DNA from: Eubacteriales bacterium | GTDB lineage: Bacteria; Bacillota; Clostridia; Saccharofermentanales; DTU023 | Direction of reading: 5' to 3' | Length of the DNA: 64,000 bases | Assembly: GCA_030537595.1 (NCBI GenBank) | Contig: JAUNVR010000007.1 | Location: 1,009 to 65,008 of the forward strand | In this document: piece by piece, positions 26,962-36,597 of the stretch | How positions within the stretch are numbered: position 1 is the first letter of the stretch | Layout: every line of letters begins with the position of its first letter | Notes under the pieces: generated by a model | Databases searched by the model: none | What the model saw: the letters and a program-made list of their open reading frames with translations, nothing else | Told to the model about the DNA's origin: nothing | Program-made: the position numbers and the translations under genes

Positions 26962-27984
26962 ATGTTAAAGCGTAGTCAAAATCTGAATATTAAAGATCAA
27001 AGAAAAGGCAAGCCGAACTACCTCTTAATTAGCTTCGCCGTCTTCCTTTGCTTTCTGATCTTATTTAGTATTGCCCTAACAATGGTTGTACGAGCGACCG
27101 ACTTTATGCTGCGTCGCCCCCGTAAAGAGATTAACATTCTGGCTGAAAACTTAGTCCCAACCCACGATACAATCAGCTTTCAATCCTTGGATAAGAATGC
27201 TCTACTCTCGGCCTGGTATTTTCAAGCTATGGGTCCCGTGCGGGGCAATATCATACTCGTCCACGACAACCTGAACAATCGCCTGCAGTTCGACCTTGAA
27301 ACAGCAGAGCTCTATAGCTTCTTAAGAAATTCAGGCTTCAATGTTTTAGCCTTTGACCTACGTCATTCAGGCCAGTCAAGCGGTGAGATTTCCGCCTATG
27401 GCTATATGGAATACCTCGATGTCTTAGCTGCATTGAGGGAAGTGCAGCGGCTCAGCAATAACGATAAGTTTATCTTAATGGGTTTTGGTTCTGGCTGCGT
27501 AGCTTCATTACTAGCCTGGGAAGCCTTACCCGAAAAGCCCCAAGCCGAGGCTGACCGCCCTTATCTCTTGCGCGATGTAGAGCTTTGTAAGGATAATATT
27601 CAAGCCATGATTTTTGATACAATTGCCGCTTCAGCCGATGATTATATCCGCGCGGAAATTAAAAACGAAGGCTTCTTGAATCGCTTTCTTTACTATCCCT
27701 TTATCCCGACCGCAGTACGTCTTTCTGCCTCACACGAAAAAGCCAAGCTCTCACCCCTACTAGCCCAGGTCCAGGCTCCGGTAATGATTACCAGAAACCT
27801 ACCAGAAAGCCATTTGGATGAAGCTTCAATTGAAGCAGTAATTCGGGAAAGACTGCGCTTAAAGCATGAACTGACCTATGTCTGGGAAACGCAAGAAGCC
27901 GGCTCAATCAGTGGCTGGCTGCTAGACCCTGAGAATTATCGCCAACACCTGAGTAAATTCCTCGACCGTTGGTTCTCAGAGTAA
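26962..27984 (+). CDS. Membrane-anchored alpha/beta-hydrolase family protein
   Basis: N-terminal TM helix (LLISFAVFLCFLILFSIALTMVV), HG-type IILVHDN, and nucleophile-elbow-like LMGFGSGCV. Confidence 0.6.
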   Translation: MLKRSQNLNIKDQRKGKPNYLLISFAVFLCFLILFSIALTMVVRATDFMLRRPRKEINILAENLVPTHDTISFQSLDKNALLSAWYFQAMGPVRGNIILVHDNLNNRLQFDLETAELYSFLRNSGFNVLAFDLRHSGQSSGEISAYGYMEYLDVLAALREVQRLSNNDKFILMGFGSGCVASLLAWEALPEKPQAEADRPYLLRDVELCKDNIQAMIFDTIAASADDYIRAEIKNEGFLNRFLYYPFIPTAVRLSASHEKAKLSPLLAQVQAPVMITRNLPESHLDEASIEAVIRERLRLKHELTYVWETQEAGSISGWLLDPENYRQHLSKFLDRWFSE

Positions 27985-28050
27985 GTAAGTTTTAGCTATA
28001 ACTTCTGCGCTAAGCCGATCTACTATTTGGAGTAAAAATCCCGCTCAGAA

Positions 28051-28677
28051 CTAGCGTCCTGTAGAGCCGAAGCCTCCACCACGGTCTGCCCCATACTGTC
28101 TAATATCACTGACCTTTTCAAACTCGAGCTTCAGATATAAGCCTAAGACCAATTGGGCAATCCTCTCACCTTTAGCCAGGTAAATAGTGCCATAGGGATT
28201 TCCGTGCTTATCTAAGTATAGAGGGAGCGGGCTTTTTAACTCATAGCCAGAGTATTCAGCATAGTCATACTCCTGGTATTCAGTCCTCAGCTTCTCTTTA
28301 AGCTCAGGCTTCAAGAGAATTTCATCTAGCAAATCACTCATCCGGAAAGTATTTTCGGCAATCACCCCGATTTCATCGCGGTAATCAGCATCGATAGTTC
28401 CTGGACTGTTGGATATTTTCAAATTACTTTTTAGCGATAAGCCACTCCTTGGTCTGAGCTGTAGTTCAGTCCCGGCAGGGATAGCAAGCTTTAGTCCACT
28501 CGGAATGATCTTTTTCTCACCGGGGCGTAAAACTACTGGCTCGGGTAAGTATATATCTAAACCTGCACTCCACTCACTACCATAAGTGGGCAGTTTTATC
28601 TCTTCATCACACTCCACATAAACCTTAACTTTGTCCTGATCTTGATACTTATTTTCTGCTAACACTTGATACTCCAA
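28051..28677 (-). CDS. dut: Trimeric dUTPase with a large internal insertion
   Basis: Motifs I SAGLDIY, II RPRSGLS, III GTIDADYRDEIGVI, IV GERIAQLV and V DRGGGFGSTGR. It is 208 aa, versus ~150 typical. Confidence 0.85.
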   Translation of the reverse strand: MEYQVLAENKYQDQDKVKVYVECDEEIKLPTYGSEWSAGLDIYLPEPVVLRPGEKKIIPSGLKLAIPAGTELQLRPRSGLSLKSNLKISNSPGTIDADYRDEIGVIAENTFRMSDLLDEILLKPELKEKLRTEYQEYDYAEYSGYELKSPLPLYLDKHGNPYGTIYLAKGERIAQLVLGLYLKLEFEKVSDIRQYGADRGGGFGSTGR

Positions 28678-28745
28678 TCTATCTTCACAGCATGCTTAAA
28701 CTCGCTGCATAAATAAACTATGCTAATTAATCGATTACTTTTAAT

Positions 28746-29222
28746 TTATTTGCCTTCTTTTGCCACCAATTCAAAATCAGCCTCATTAAAGAGGTCGATT
28801 TGCTTAGTCTCAAGAACTGTTACCTGCTGTTTTTTTGGCTTTTGTTCAGCCTCTAGAATGCTTTCCTGAAGGCGATCTGTGAGGTTGCGGTAAAAGCGCA
28901 CAGCAGTTTTCGCCTCATCAAGCTCTTCCTGCTGCCGGTTAAGAACAGAGCGCAAGGCCGCCTGCTGCTCTCTCAAATGCTTTATTTCAGATTCTAATTG
29001 ACTGATTTGGTCAAAGGACTTATAGAGCCTATCCAAGGCATTGATCAAGGCCAAAACCGAGCGAGACTGGGCAGAAGAGCGTGGATTTGATCGCTTGATC
29101 TCACTTATCATCTGCTCAGCTTCTTGAGCAATTTTTCGCATATACCAGGCATTTTCATCGGCCCGCAAACGGTATAACAAGCCATCAATTTTGAAATCTA
29201 GGCTTTCTGCTTTTCGCTCCAT
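28746..29222 (-). CDS. zapA: ZapA-like cell division protein
   Basis: FKIDGLLYRLRADENAWYMRKIAQEAEQMISEIK...SVLALINALD matches the ZapA pattern and is followed by a coiled coil. The start is placed at ATG 29222, preceded by AGGAG plus 5 nt. Confidence 0.65.
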   Translation of the reverse strand: MERKAESLDFKIDGLLYRLRADENAWYMRKIAQEAEQMISEIKRSNPRSSAQSRSVLALINALDRLYKSFDQISQLESEIKHLREQQAALRSVLNRQQEELDEAKTAVRFYRNLTDRLQESILEAEQKPKKQQVTVLETKQIDLFNEADFELVAKEGK

Positions 29223-29290
29223 AACAGCTCCTCTCAATAGTCTCCTCTAATAAATAAAGTATAGGTAAAGCCCGGGTATCAAGCAAGCAG

Positions 29291-30130
29291 TTAAAGGATT
29301 TGTAATTCCTCCAAAGCTTCGAATAATTCTAAATACTCTTTTGGACTCAAATCTTCTGCCCGTTTTGCACGCAAGGCCCAAAGTTCTGGAGCTAAGTTTT
29401 CCTCGCTTAAACTAAGGAGCTTAAAACTACTATTTAACTGCTTGCGCCTTTGATTAAAGACTAGCTTTAGTAAATCCATGAAGGCTTTTCTGCGAGAGCT
29501 TTCACGTAGAGGATGAGGCGATTTTAGCCGTAGCCTGATCAAAGAAGATCTAACTTTTGGTGGCGGATAGAAAGCCTGGCCCGGAATTACGCAAAGCTGC
29601 TTAGTCTCATAGACTAAATCTAAAAGGACGTTTAAAGGCCCATAAGCCTTGGTTCGCGGCGGGGCCATAATCCTCTCAACAGCTTCTTTTTGTAAAACAA
29701 AACGCAGTTCCGGGATACTGCCAAGTTCGAGCACAATTCTTTCTAAAGCGGGCTGCGTGATATAGTATGGCAAATTAGCAAAAAGCACAGTATTCGGATT
29801 ATTAATATCCAAGTCCAGCCAAGGATAGGTCAAAATATCACCCTCGATAATCCGAACTTTCTCAGTATTTCTAAAACGCTCGGCCAAAATCGGCAGTAAT
29901 CTTTGATCGATTTCAACTGCAGTAAGCGTGGAAAACTGATTGACGAGCTGATTAGTTAAAGAGCCCAGACCTGCGCCTAATTCAAAAGCCTCTGTGGCAG
30001 TGTCAGGAAGGTCTTGGACAATTTTTAATAAAAACTCCTCGGAGCAGAGAAAGTTCTGCCCCAAGGAGCGTTTTGCTGTGATCTGATATTCAGATAGAAA
30101 GCCTTTAACTAGCTCGCGCTCATTCATCAT
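29291..30130 (-). CDS. rsmA: 16S rRNA (adenine1518/1519-N6)-dimethyltransferase
   Basis: SLGQNFL, ELGAGLGSLT and ANLPYYIT. Confidence 0.9.
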   Translation of the reverse strand: MMNERELVKGFLSEYQITAKRSLGQNFLCSEEFLLKIVQDLPDTATEAFELGAGLGSLTNQLVNQFSTLTAVEIDQRLLPILAERFRNTEKVRIIEGDILTYPWLDLDINNPNTVLFANLPYYITQPALERIVLELGSIPELRFVLQKEAVERIMAPPRTKAYGPLNVLLDLVYETKQLCVIPGQAFYPPPKVRSSLIRLRLKSPHPLRESSRRKAFMDLLKLVFNQRRKQLNSSFKLLSLSEENLAPELWALRAKRAEDLSPKEYLELFEALEELQIL

Positions 30131-30144
30131 TAAACCGCAACCGT

Positions 30145-31419
30145 TTAAGGCATCGAAATTAAATAGACATTCCGCGAAGCTAGACCGAAATTAAAGTTTT
30201 CGACCTCACCCGGAGCATAGCAAACATCAACCAAATCGGGGTGCTGTGGAGTTCCGTGACGGTCAGCTACTATACAGAAGCCATAACCTTCAACAAAGAG
30301 CACTGTACCAAAGGGATATTCATTAGAGGCACATAAACCAATATTTGCCGGTACCCCTGAGGCGGTATTGTGGTTAATGGGTGGATTATGGCACTTGCCT
30401 TGAATGCAGCAAAGTAGCCCATCGTAAGACGTTGTAGTCTTAGCTACCTTTGAGGAGTAGGGTACATTTACACCATTTACTGTGATGTAAGTTCCATGGT
30501 CCTCAAAACTTGTATATAAGGTTTGTCGCCCGGCGGAGCCCAAAATACCATTAGCTCTCAAGATATCCAAGTTTTGATTGATCGAACTTGCATCTCCACT
30601 GGCCGCAACAAATTGGACCAAATCACCGACCGGAGCAGGATCAACTACTACCTCAGCGGATTCTTCGCTTTCTGGAGGACTTGCGACTTCCTCCTCCACT
30701 GCCTCCGCTTCACTTTCTGCGGCATCTGCAGCAGCTTGTGCCTCCGCTTCCAGTCTTTCCGCCTCAGCTTGTGCGAGACTTTCACTTTCTGCGATTGCCT
30801 CTGCTTCTAATAAGGCTTGTTCCGAAGATCCATCTGTCTTGGTGCCGTAATAAATAATCTCATTTACCTGCTCGACCTTAATTAGGCTAGAAACTTCAGA
30901 GCTTTCCAAGAGAGTGCCACCGCGATAGACGTTTCTGGTTGTCACAACTAACTCACCTTCGCGCCCCTGTTGGTGGACCACTGTTTCACCTTCGTAGAGC
31001 TCTGCGGATGGCAATTCGAGAGTTTGGAACTGCAAGGGTACCTTGTATTCCGTGTATTCAATCTCAACAGCCTCGAGCACCGGCTCTTCGCTCAAGCCAG
31101 CAAAGCCTCGAAATCCTGTTTCCGCCCAAAGTTCTGATAAATCGACGCTGGCAACAACAGGCTTATTGCGTTGTGCTGCAGGCAGGGTTAAAGGGCCGGG
31201 CAATTGAATCTCTTGCTCGTCCTCTTTCTGATCACTCACTTCCACTGTTTTCGCGCTCTCATCTTCAGCCAAGCCAAGAGGTTTTAGGCGCAGTTGTCCG
31301 CTACCCTCATCCTCATTATCAGCTTTAAAAACGAAAAGATAGAGGCCGCTTGCAATGACTGCAAGCACCAGCAACGAAACCAATGAAAGGATAACTTTTT
31401 CAAATCTACGTAAAGACAT
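30145..31419 (-). CDS. YabE-like secreted protein (TM anchor, G5 domain, Ala/Glu-rich low-complexity linker, C-terminal 3D/DPBB-like domain)
   Basis: G5-like segment ELYEGETVVHQQGREGELVVTTRNVYRGGTLLESSEVSSLIKVEQVNEIIYYGTK. C-terminal segment YPFGTVLFVEGYGFCIVADRHG. Its position next to rsmA mirrors B. subtilis yabE-rnmV-ksgA. Confidence 0.7.
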   Translation of the reverse strand: MSLRRFEKVILSLVSLLVLAVIASGLYLFVFKADNEDEGSGQLRLKPLGLAEDESAKTVEVSDQKEDEQEIQLPGPLTLPAAQRNKPVVASVDLSELWAETGFRGFAGLSEEPVLEAVEIEYTEYKVPLQFQTLELPSAELYEGETVVHQQGREGELVVTTRNVYRGGTLLESSEVSSLIKVEQVNEIIYYGTKTDGSSEQALLEAEAIAESESLAQAEAERLEAEAQAAADAAESEAEAVEEEVASPPESEESAEVVVDPAPVGDLVQFVAASGDASSINQNLDILRANGILGSAGRQTLYTSFEDHGTYITVNGVNVPYSSKVAKTTTSYDGLLCCIQGKCHNPPINHNTASGVPANIGLCASNEYPFGTVLFVEGYGFCIVADRHGTPQHPDLVDVCYAPGEVENFNFGLASRNVYLISMP

Positions 31420-31484
31420 AAGTTTTTCCTTTGTTGTTAAACAGGAACCTTGCTCCTATTAACAAGGTTCCCGCTAACATTGGA

Positions 31485-31513
31485 ATTATACGTATTAAAA
31501 TAAATATTGTCAA
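31485..31513 (-). promoter_or_regulatory. Consensus sigma-A promoter upstream of the yabE-like gene
   Basis: Read on the minus strand: TTGACA (31513-31508), a 17-nt spacer, then TATAAT (31490-31485). Confidence 0.7.
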
Positions 31514-31527
31514 AAATTACTTGTAAC

Positions 31528-34500
31528 TTAGGACATAAAATACTTCACGCCAGCCTCGAATATACCTTCGGCCTTTAAGCCTGGAATATTCTTCATCAGG
31601 CCTGGGCGAACTCGCTCGCTATGACCCATTTTGCCTAAGATCAGACCATTGGGACTGGTTAAAGCCTCAATCGACAGAGCCGATCCATTGGGATTATATT
31701 CACTGTAGGTAAAGGCTATCTGCTTTTCTTTAATTAAACGATCCAAGGCCTGATCCGAGCCGATAATCCTGCCCTCACCGTGCGAAATCGGAATTTTAAA
31801 CTTAGCTCCCGCGCTCAATCCAGCAAGCCAGGGGCCGTGAGCAAAGACCGACTCAGTCTCTACACAGCAAGCTATATGCCCACCTTTGGAGTTAAAGCTG
31901 AGGGTAATATCATCCTCATTTAACTCGCAAATTTCATTATCCTTAAAGACACCTAATTTGATTAAGGCCTGAAAACCGTTACAAATCCCGAGCACTAAAT
32001 TTTCTTTCGCCAGATGATCAGAGAATGCCGCTCTCAAGGCCTCATTATAGAAGACTGCACGAATAAACTTAGCCGCACCATCAGGCTCATCCCCTGCCGA
32101 GAATCCGCCTGGGAGGGCTAGGATTTCTGCAGTTCTCACTCTTTTAGCAAGACCATCTAATGATGCTTGAAGGAGCTTGGCATTCAAGTTATTAAAAATG
32201 AATATCTCGCTTTCTGCACCCGCAGCATTAAAGGCTCCTGCTGTATCAAATTCACAATTAGTACCTGGGAAACAAGGGATGATGACCTTTGGCTTTGCAG
32301 CCTTCAAGGGCACCGGGGCATGCCAGCTCTTGGCCGGCATTTGCTTTGAGCTTTCCTGCAGTTTGTCCCAGAGATACTCTTGATTCTTCTCGCCATGTCC
32401 ACGTTGGTTCTGGGCCATGGGATAGACTTCTGAAAGAGCATTCAAGGCAATTTCTGAGATCCGGTCCAAGGCGAGTTCTTCTGTCGCATAGGCTAGTCTA
32501 GACTCTCCGTTAGAAGCTGCAATAACACTTAAGCCGAGTGCTCTGACTTCAACTGGAGCTAACTTCACGGCTCGAGCTATGAATAAGCTGGCAAATGCAG
32601 GACGCGCAAGATCTTCAAGTTCTAAGTCCGAACTAAATTTTAAGCCATGCTGATTGCCGAAGGCGGCTCTGCCACAGGCAGCCAAAATTCCGTCAGCTTC
32701 ACCCACAAAGGCAGAAACAGTCTGCTGATCACGCATCAAGGCCAAAATAGACGGCAGCTCCTTATGGTAGCGTTCAAAATCAATATCTCCGTCTGCATTC
32801 AGTAAGTTCCAGCGATAGATGGTCAGCTCTTTGCCTTCCGGTAAAGATGCAGGACGATAATCAGCCAGCTCTCCACTATCTACAGCAAAAGACACCAGGC
32901 TTGGTGGTACAGATATTTCATTAAAGCTACCTGAAACGGAATCCTTACCCCCAATTGCCGGAACCTTAAACTTACGTTGAGCTCGGAAGGCTGAAAGCAT
33001 CGTTAAGTAGGCCTGGCCCCAGGCTTCTTCATTATCTAAACGTGGGAAGTACTCCTGCATGCTGAGTCTGGCTCGACGAGGATCACCGCCCATGGCCAGA
33101 ATCTTTAAGAGCGATGTTGTAATCGCATACAAGGCTCCGTGCCAGGGTGAGTCAGCTGCGAGCTGTGGATCATAGCCATGGGTAAACCAAGCTACTGCAT
33201 TACTTTCTCCCCGAGTTGGAATTTTGGCGCAAATCCCCATCTCGGGACTTGCTTGGAGTTTTCCACCGTAGGGTGAAGCGACTGTGCTGCAGCCAACGCT
33301 GGCATCGAAGATCTCTTGGAGACCCCGCTGGTCGGAGGATTCAAGACGGGAGAAGATGCCCTCGACTAGGTCTTGGAAACTCTCAGCCTCAACCCGTGGT
33401 TTAAGCAATTCACTTTGTGAATCGTAGCGTAATTTCGCCCGGGCCGAACGCTGCGCGCCCTCAGAATCTAAGAAGCTCCGATCTAGTCGCAAAACTTCTT
33501 CATCCTTGTATTTCATGATTAGAACTGCTTCACGCGTGACCTCAGCAATTACACTAGCCTTGACATTTTCAGCTTGAGCCAATTCTAAAACAGTATCTAG
33601 CGATTCCTTTGCGATTACAATGGCCATTCTTTCCTGAGATTCAGACAGCGCAATTTCTAAGGGGCTAAGTCCTTGATACTTCAAGGGCACCTTGCTTAAG
33701 TCGATACTTAGGCCACGGCAGAGTTCACCGACCGCTACTGCTACACCGCCAGCGCCAAAGTCATTACAGCGCTTAATCAGGCGAGTAAATTCTGGCCTTA
33801 AAAACAGCCTTTGTAATTTTCTTTCATTAATCGGATTGCCCTTCTGCACTTCTGAGCCTGCGGTCAGAATTGTTTCTTCGGTCTGCTCACGTGACGAACC
33901 CGTCGCCCCACCGATTCCATCGCGCCCAGTATCTCCACCGACCAGAATCACTAAATCACCAGCTTCTGGCACTTCTTTAACAACCTGATCAGCAGCAACT
34001 GCCGCTAAGACAGCACCACACTCAAAACGTTTGGCAACGAAATCTGGATGATAATATTCTCGGACGTGAGAGCCTGCCAGACCCATCCGGTTACCGTAAC
34101 TAGAATAACCTTCCGCAGCAGCCTGGCAAATCTTGCGCTGGGGCAGTTTCCCCGGCAATGTTTCACTCAAGCTGGTATTCGGGTTTGCAGCTCCACTCAC
34201 GCGCATCGCTTGAAAGACATGTGCCCGCCCCGAGAGTGGATCACGAATAGCTCCACCGAGGCAGGTTGCAGCACCGCCTTCTGGTTCTATTTCAGTCGGG
34301 TGGTTGTGCGTTTCATTCTTAAAGAGAATCAGGTAGTCCTCTTTTTCACCATCAACTACAAGCTTGCGTTGGAGGGTTGCGGCATTAATTTCAGCCGAAA
34401 ACTCAACATCAGGGATTTCACCAGCAGCTCGCATTGCCCGAGTCGGCAAGGTTGCTAATTCCATCAAGCTCACTTCGCCCTGCCGTTCTAATTCGCGTCT

Positions 34501-35280
34501 CAATTCGTTGAGATCAGCCATAGTCTCAGCAATCAAGTCACTGAGCTCAGCTAGCCTTTCAGTCTCGACAATTTCCAGCTCGGTGTTAAAACTACTGTGC
34601 CGACAATGGTCTGACCAATAGGTATCCAAGACTCTTAACTCAAGCTCGTTAGGAATTCTTCCAGCTGCTTTAAAATAATCCCGCACCAGAATTAAATCTG
34701 CTAAAGACAGACCGAGCTGATGTTCTTCTAAAAAGTCCGGTAAATCTTCCTCGGCAAAATTAAATAATTCTGGGAACTCCCGCAGTCTGACCTCTCTTTC
34801 CTCTAGTTTAGCTTGGCTAAATGGAGGAGTAATAGAGCTCTCACGAGCTTCAATCGGATTAATTAAATGATTTTTTATTTTAATTAAGTCAGAAGTCGAA
34901 ATATCACCTTTAAGCGCAATTACTTCTGCGCAATGAATAGCCTCAATCTTGCGATCTAAAATCAGTGCCGCAGCATCCTCTGCAGCAGCCCTGCAAGGGT
35001 CAAATTGCGCTGGCAATGGACTGATTGCAAATAGCTCATCATAGAGCTCAAAAAAACTCTCACTCTCGCTCAGGAGGTCAACAGGGGCTTCAGTGAATAA
35101 TCCTGTGACCAAACTCTTCCATTCTTCATCACTGAGTTCATCAAAGACTACATAGCGCCGGTAAGAGGCTAAGTCCACCACAGATTCGATTGCTAAAAAT
35201 TCATTTAACTCGGATAAAAGTTGTGCTTCACGGACCTGTGCAGCTTCGCGCTTTCGCACATAGAGACGACGTTGGTTCAT
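31528..35280 (-). CDS. purL: Phosphoribosylformylglycinamidine synthase, large single-chain form
   Basis: 1250 aa with an AIR-synthase-like repeat core (NETHNHPTEIEPEGGAAT) and a C-terminal class I glutamine amidotransferase (LGICNGFQAL...HGEG). Confidence 0.9.
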   Translation of the reverse strand: MNQRRLYVRKREAAQVREAQLLSELNEFLAIESVVDLASYRRYVVFDELSDEEWKSLVTGLFTEAPVDLLSESESFFELYDELFAISPLPAQFDPCRAAAEDAAALILDRKIEAIHCAEVIALKGDISTSDLIKIKNHLINPIEARESSITPPFSQAKLEEREVRLREFPELFNFAEEDLPDFLEEHQLGLSLADLILVRDYFKAAGRIPNELELRVLDTYWSDHCRHSSFNTELEIVETERLAELSDLIAETMADLNELRRELERQGEVSLMELATLPTRAMRAAGEIPDVEFSAEINAATLQRKLVVDGEKEDYLILFKNETHNHPTEIEPEGGAATCLGGAIRDPLSGRAHVFQAMRVSGAANPNTSLSETLPGKLPQRKICQAAAEGYSSYGNRMGLAGSHVREYYHPDFVAKRFECGAVLAAVAADQVVKEVPEAGDLVILVGGDTGRDGIGGATGSSREQTEETILTAGSEVQKGNPINERKLQRLFLRPEFTRLIKRCNDFGAGGVAVAVGELCRGLSIDLSKVPLKYQGLSPLEIALSESQERMAIVIAKESLDTVLELAQAENVKASVIAEVTREAVLIMKYKDEEVLRLDRSFLDSEGAQRSARAKLRYDSQSELLKPRVEAESFQDLVEGIFSRLESSDQRGLQEIFDASVGCSTVASPYGGKLQASPEMGICAKIPTRGESNAVAWFTHGYDPQLAADSPWHGALYAITTSLLKILAMGGDPRRARLSMQEYFPRLDNEEAWGQAYLTMLSAFRAQRKFKVPAIGGKDSVSGSFNEISVPPSLVSFAVDSGELADYRPASLPEGKELTIYRWNLLNADGDIDFERYHKELPSILALMRDQQTVSAFVGEADGILAACGRAAFGNQHGLKFSSDLELEDLARPAFASLFIARAVKLAPVEVRALGLSVIAASNGESRLAYATEELALDRISEIALNALSEVYPMAQNQRGHGEKNQEYLWDKLQESSKQMPAKSWHAPVPLKAAKPKVIIPCFPGTNCEFDTAGAFNAAGAESEIFIFNNLNAKLLQASLDGLAKRVRTAEILALPGGFSAGDEPDGAAKFIRAVFYNEALRAAFSDHLAKENLVLGICNGFQALIKLGVFKDNEICELNEDDITLSFNSKGGHIACCVETESVFAHGPWLAGLSAGAKFKIPISHGEGRIIGSDQALDRLIKEKQIAFTYSEYNPNGSALSIEALTSPNGLILGKMGHSERVRPGLMKNIPGLKAEGIFEAGVKYFMS

Positions 35281-35473
35281 ATAATCCCCCTCAACGAGCT
35301 CAAGAAATGATACTACAAGCTTAAAATAAGGTTACTAATTACAGCTTGCATTTTCTCAATACTTTACTAAGATAGCATAAGCCGTTAGAATAGCAAACGA
35401 TAAAACACTATCAATTAAGCCTATTTAATTCTAAATTTTACGGAAGCAATAGCAAAAGTTGAGGTTTAAACTA

Positions 35474-36580
35474 ATGGATAATAAGCACGATAAGCCCAGA
35501 CGCCCACAAGGGCGCCCTAATCAACGCCCAGCTCGTCCAGAGCAAGGTGCAGGTGGACCTGGCCCCAAACCTCCACAAGGTAATCGCAGACCAGCACAAC
35601 GTCCAGGTCAGCGCCCTCCTCGTCCGGGACAGAGACCGGAGCGCCCACCTTTTGAGAAATTGGCCGGGGTAAACTCTGCTCCTCAGGTCCAGCCTGCAGC
35701 TCAGAGACCTGCAGGCCCGGAGCGTCGTCGCCGTGCTCCCGGTGCAGTACCACAACGCCCGGTCGAGCGTGCACAGGATCGCGCTCCCGCAAGAGCTGCA
35801 AGCAGACCATCTACTCGTCCCCCACGCCCGCCAAAAAAAGCTAAACCAAAACAGGGCATGCGTGCTTTAATGATTTTGCTTGATGTGCTAATCATCGGGC
35901 TTTTCCTGGCTGGTATCTTCTTTGCCTTGTATCCGCGCTGGGTCAATAGTAAGCAAATGAGTATGCGTGACAAGATCCTTGAAAGCTTCAAAGCAAAGCC
36001 AGGTGAAAATGTCAGTTTTGAAATTGGTAAAGACGAATACAAGGTCCCCGGCGAAAGACTAGAAGATTGGAGCACTCAGGACGGTCAAGACTTCGTTGAA
36101 GAAGTCGAAGTACCTGGCGGCAAGGTCACTGTAACCTATATCGGACGTTTAGTCATTGCAAAAATTGGCTGTGACACTCCCCTTTCACCGGTACTCGACC
36201 ATTACCACTTGCGTTTTGGTGCCTCTATCCTGCAGAGTTCAGCACCGCTGAACCAGGCTGGACAAACGGTTATCTTTGGTCACCGCTTCTTAACCAAGGG
36301 TCGTGACTTCAACCGCTTAGATGAAATTAATACCGGTGACTCATTCTTCATTGATGTTGCTGAAGAAAACTTGCGCTACATTTATAGAGTTGATAAACAG
36401 CTGATTGTTCCACAGAACAATTACAAGGACTACGTTTTCGTTCCAAATAACGTAGCCCCGGGCTATTCCGCAGAAGACAATACGATTCTTCTCGTCACCT
36501 GCCACCCCGCAGTCTACGCTGCCCAGGATGAGCGACTCTTAATCTTTGCTCACCTCGAATCAACTGAACCTATTAAGTAA
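35474..36580 (+). CDS. Sortase with long Pro/Arg-rich N-terminal cytoplasmic tail
   Basis: Sortase signatures VIFGHRF, ILLVTCHP and ERLLIFAHL. One TM helix (LMILLDVLIIGLFLAGIFFALY). The N-terminal ~125 aa is dominated by RP/QRP/PGQ repeats. The start is placed at ATG 35474, preceded by GAGG plus 9 nt. Confidence 0.8.
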   Translation: MDNKHDKPRRPQGRPNQRPARPEQGAGGPGPKPPQGNRRPAQRPGQRPPRPGQRPERPPFEKLAGVNSAPQVQPAAQRPAGPERRRRAPGAVPQRPVERAQDRAPARAASRPSTRPPRPPKKAKPKQGMRALMILLDVLIIGLFLAGIFFALYPRWVNSKQMSMRDKILESFKAKPGENVSFEIGKDEYKVPGERLEDWSTQDGQDFVEEVEVPGGKVTVTYIGRLVIAKIGCDTPLSPVLDHYHLRFGASILQSSAPLNQAGQTVIFGHRFLTKGRDFNRLDEINTGDSFFIDVAEENLRYIYRVDKQLIVPQNNYKDYVFVPNNVAPGYSAEDNTILLVTCHPAVYAAQDERLLIFAHLESTEPIK

Positions 36581-36597
36581 AAAGAAATAAAACAAAG

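Noticed and set aside
30523-30857. Three overlapping plus-strand ORFs (89-95 aa)
   Set aside because: They are antisense to the Ala/Glu-rich low-complexity linker of the yabE-like gene. The translations are low-complexity, so they are artefacts.
35471-36075. Three minus-strand ORFs (94, 97 and 124 aa) antisense to the sortase gene
   Set aside because: They coincide with the GC-rich Pro/Arg-repeat region, where stop codons are depleted in all frames. This is a compositional artefact.
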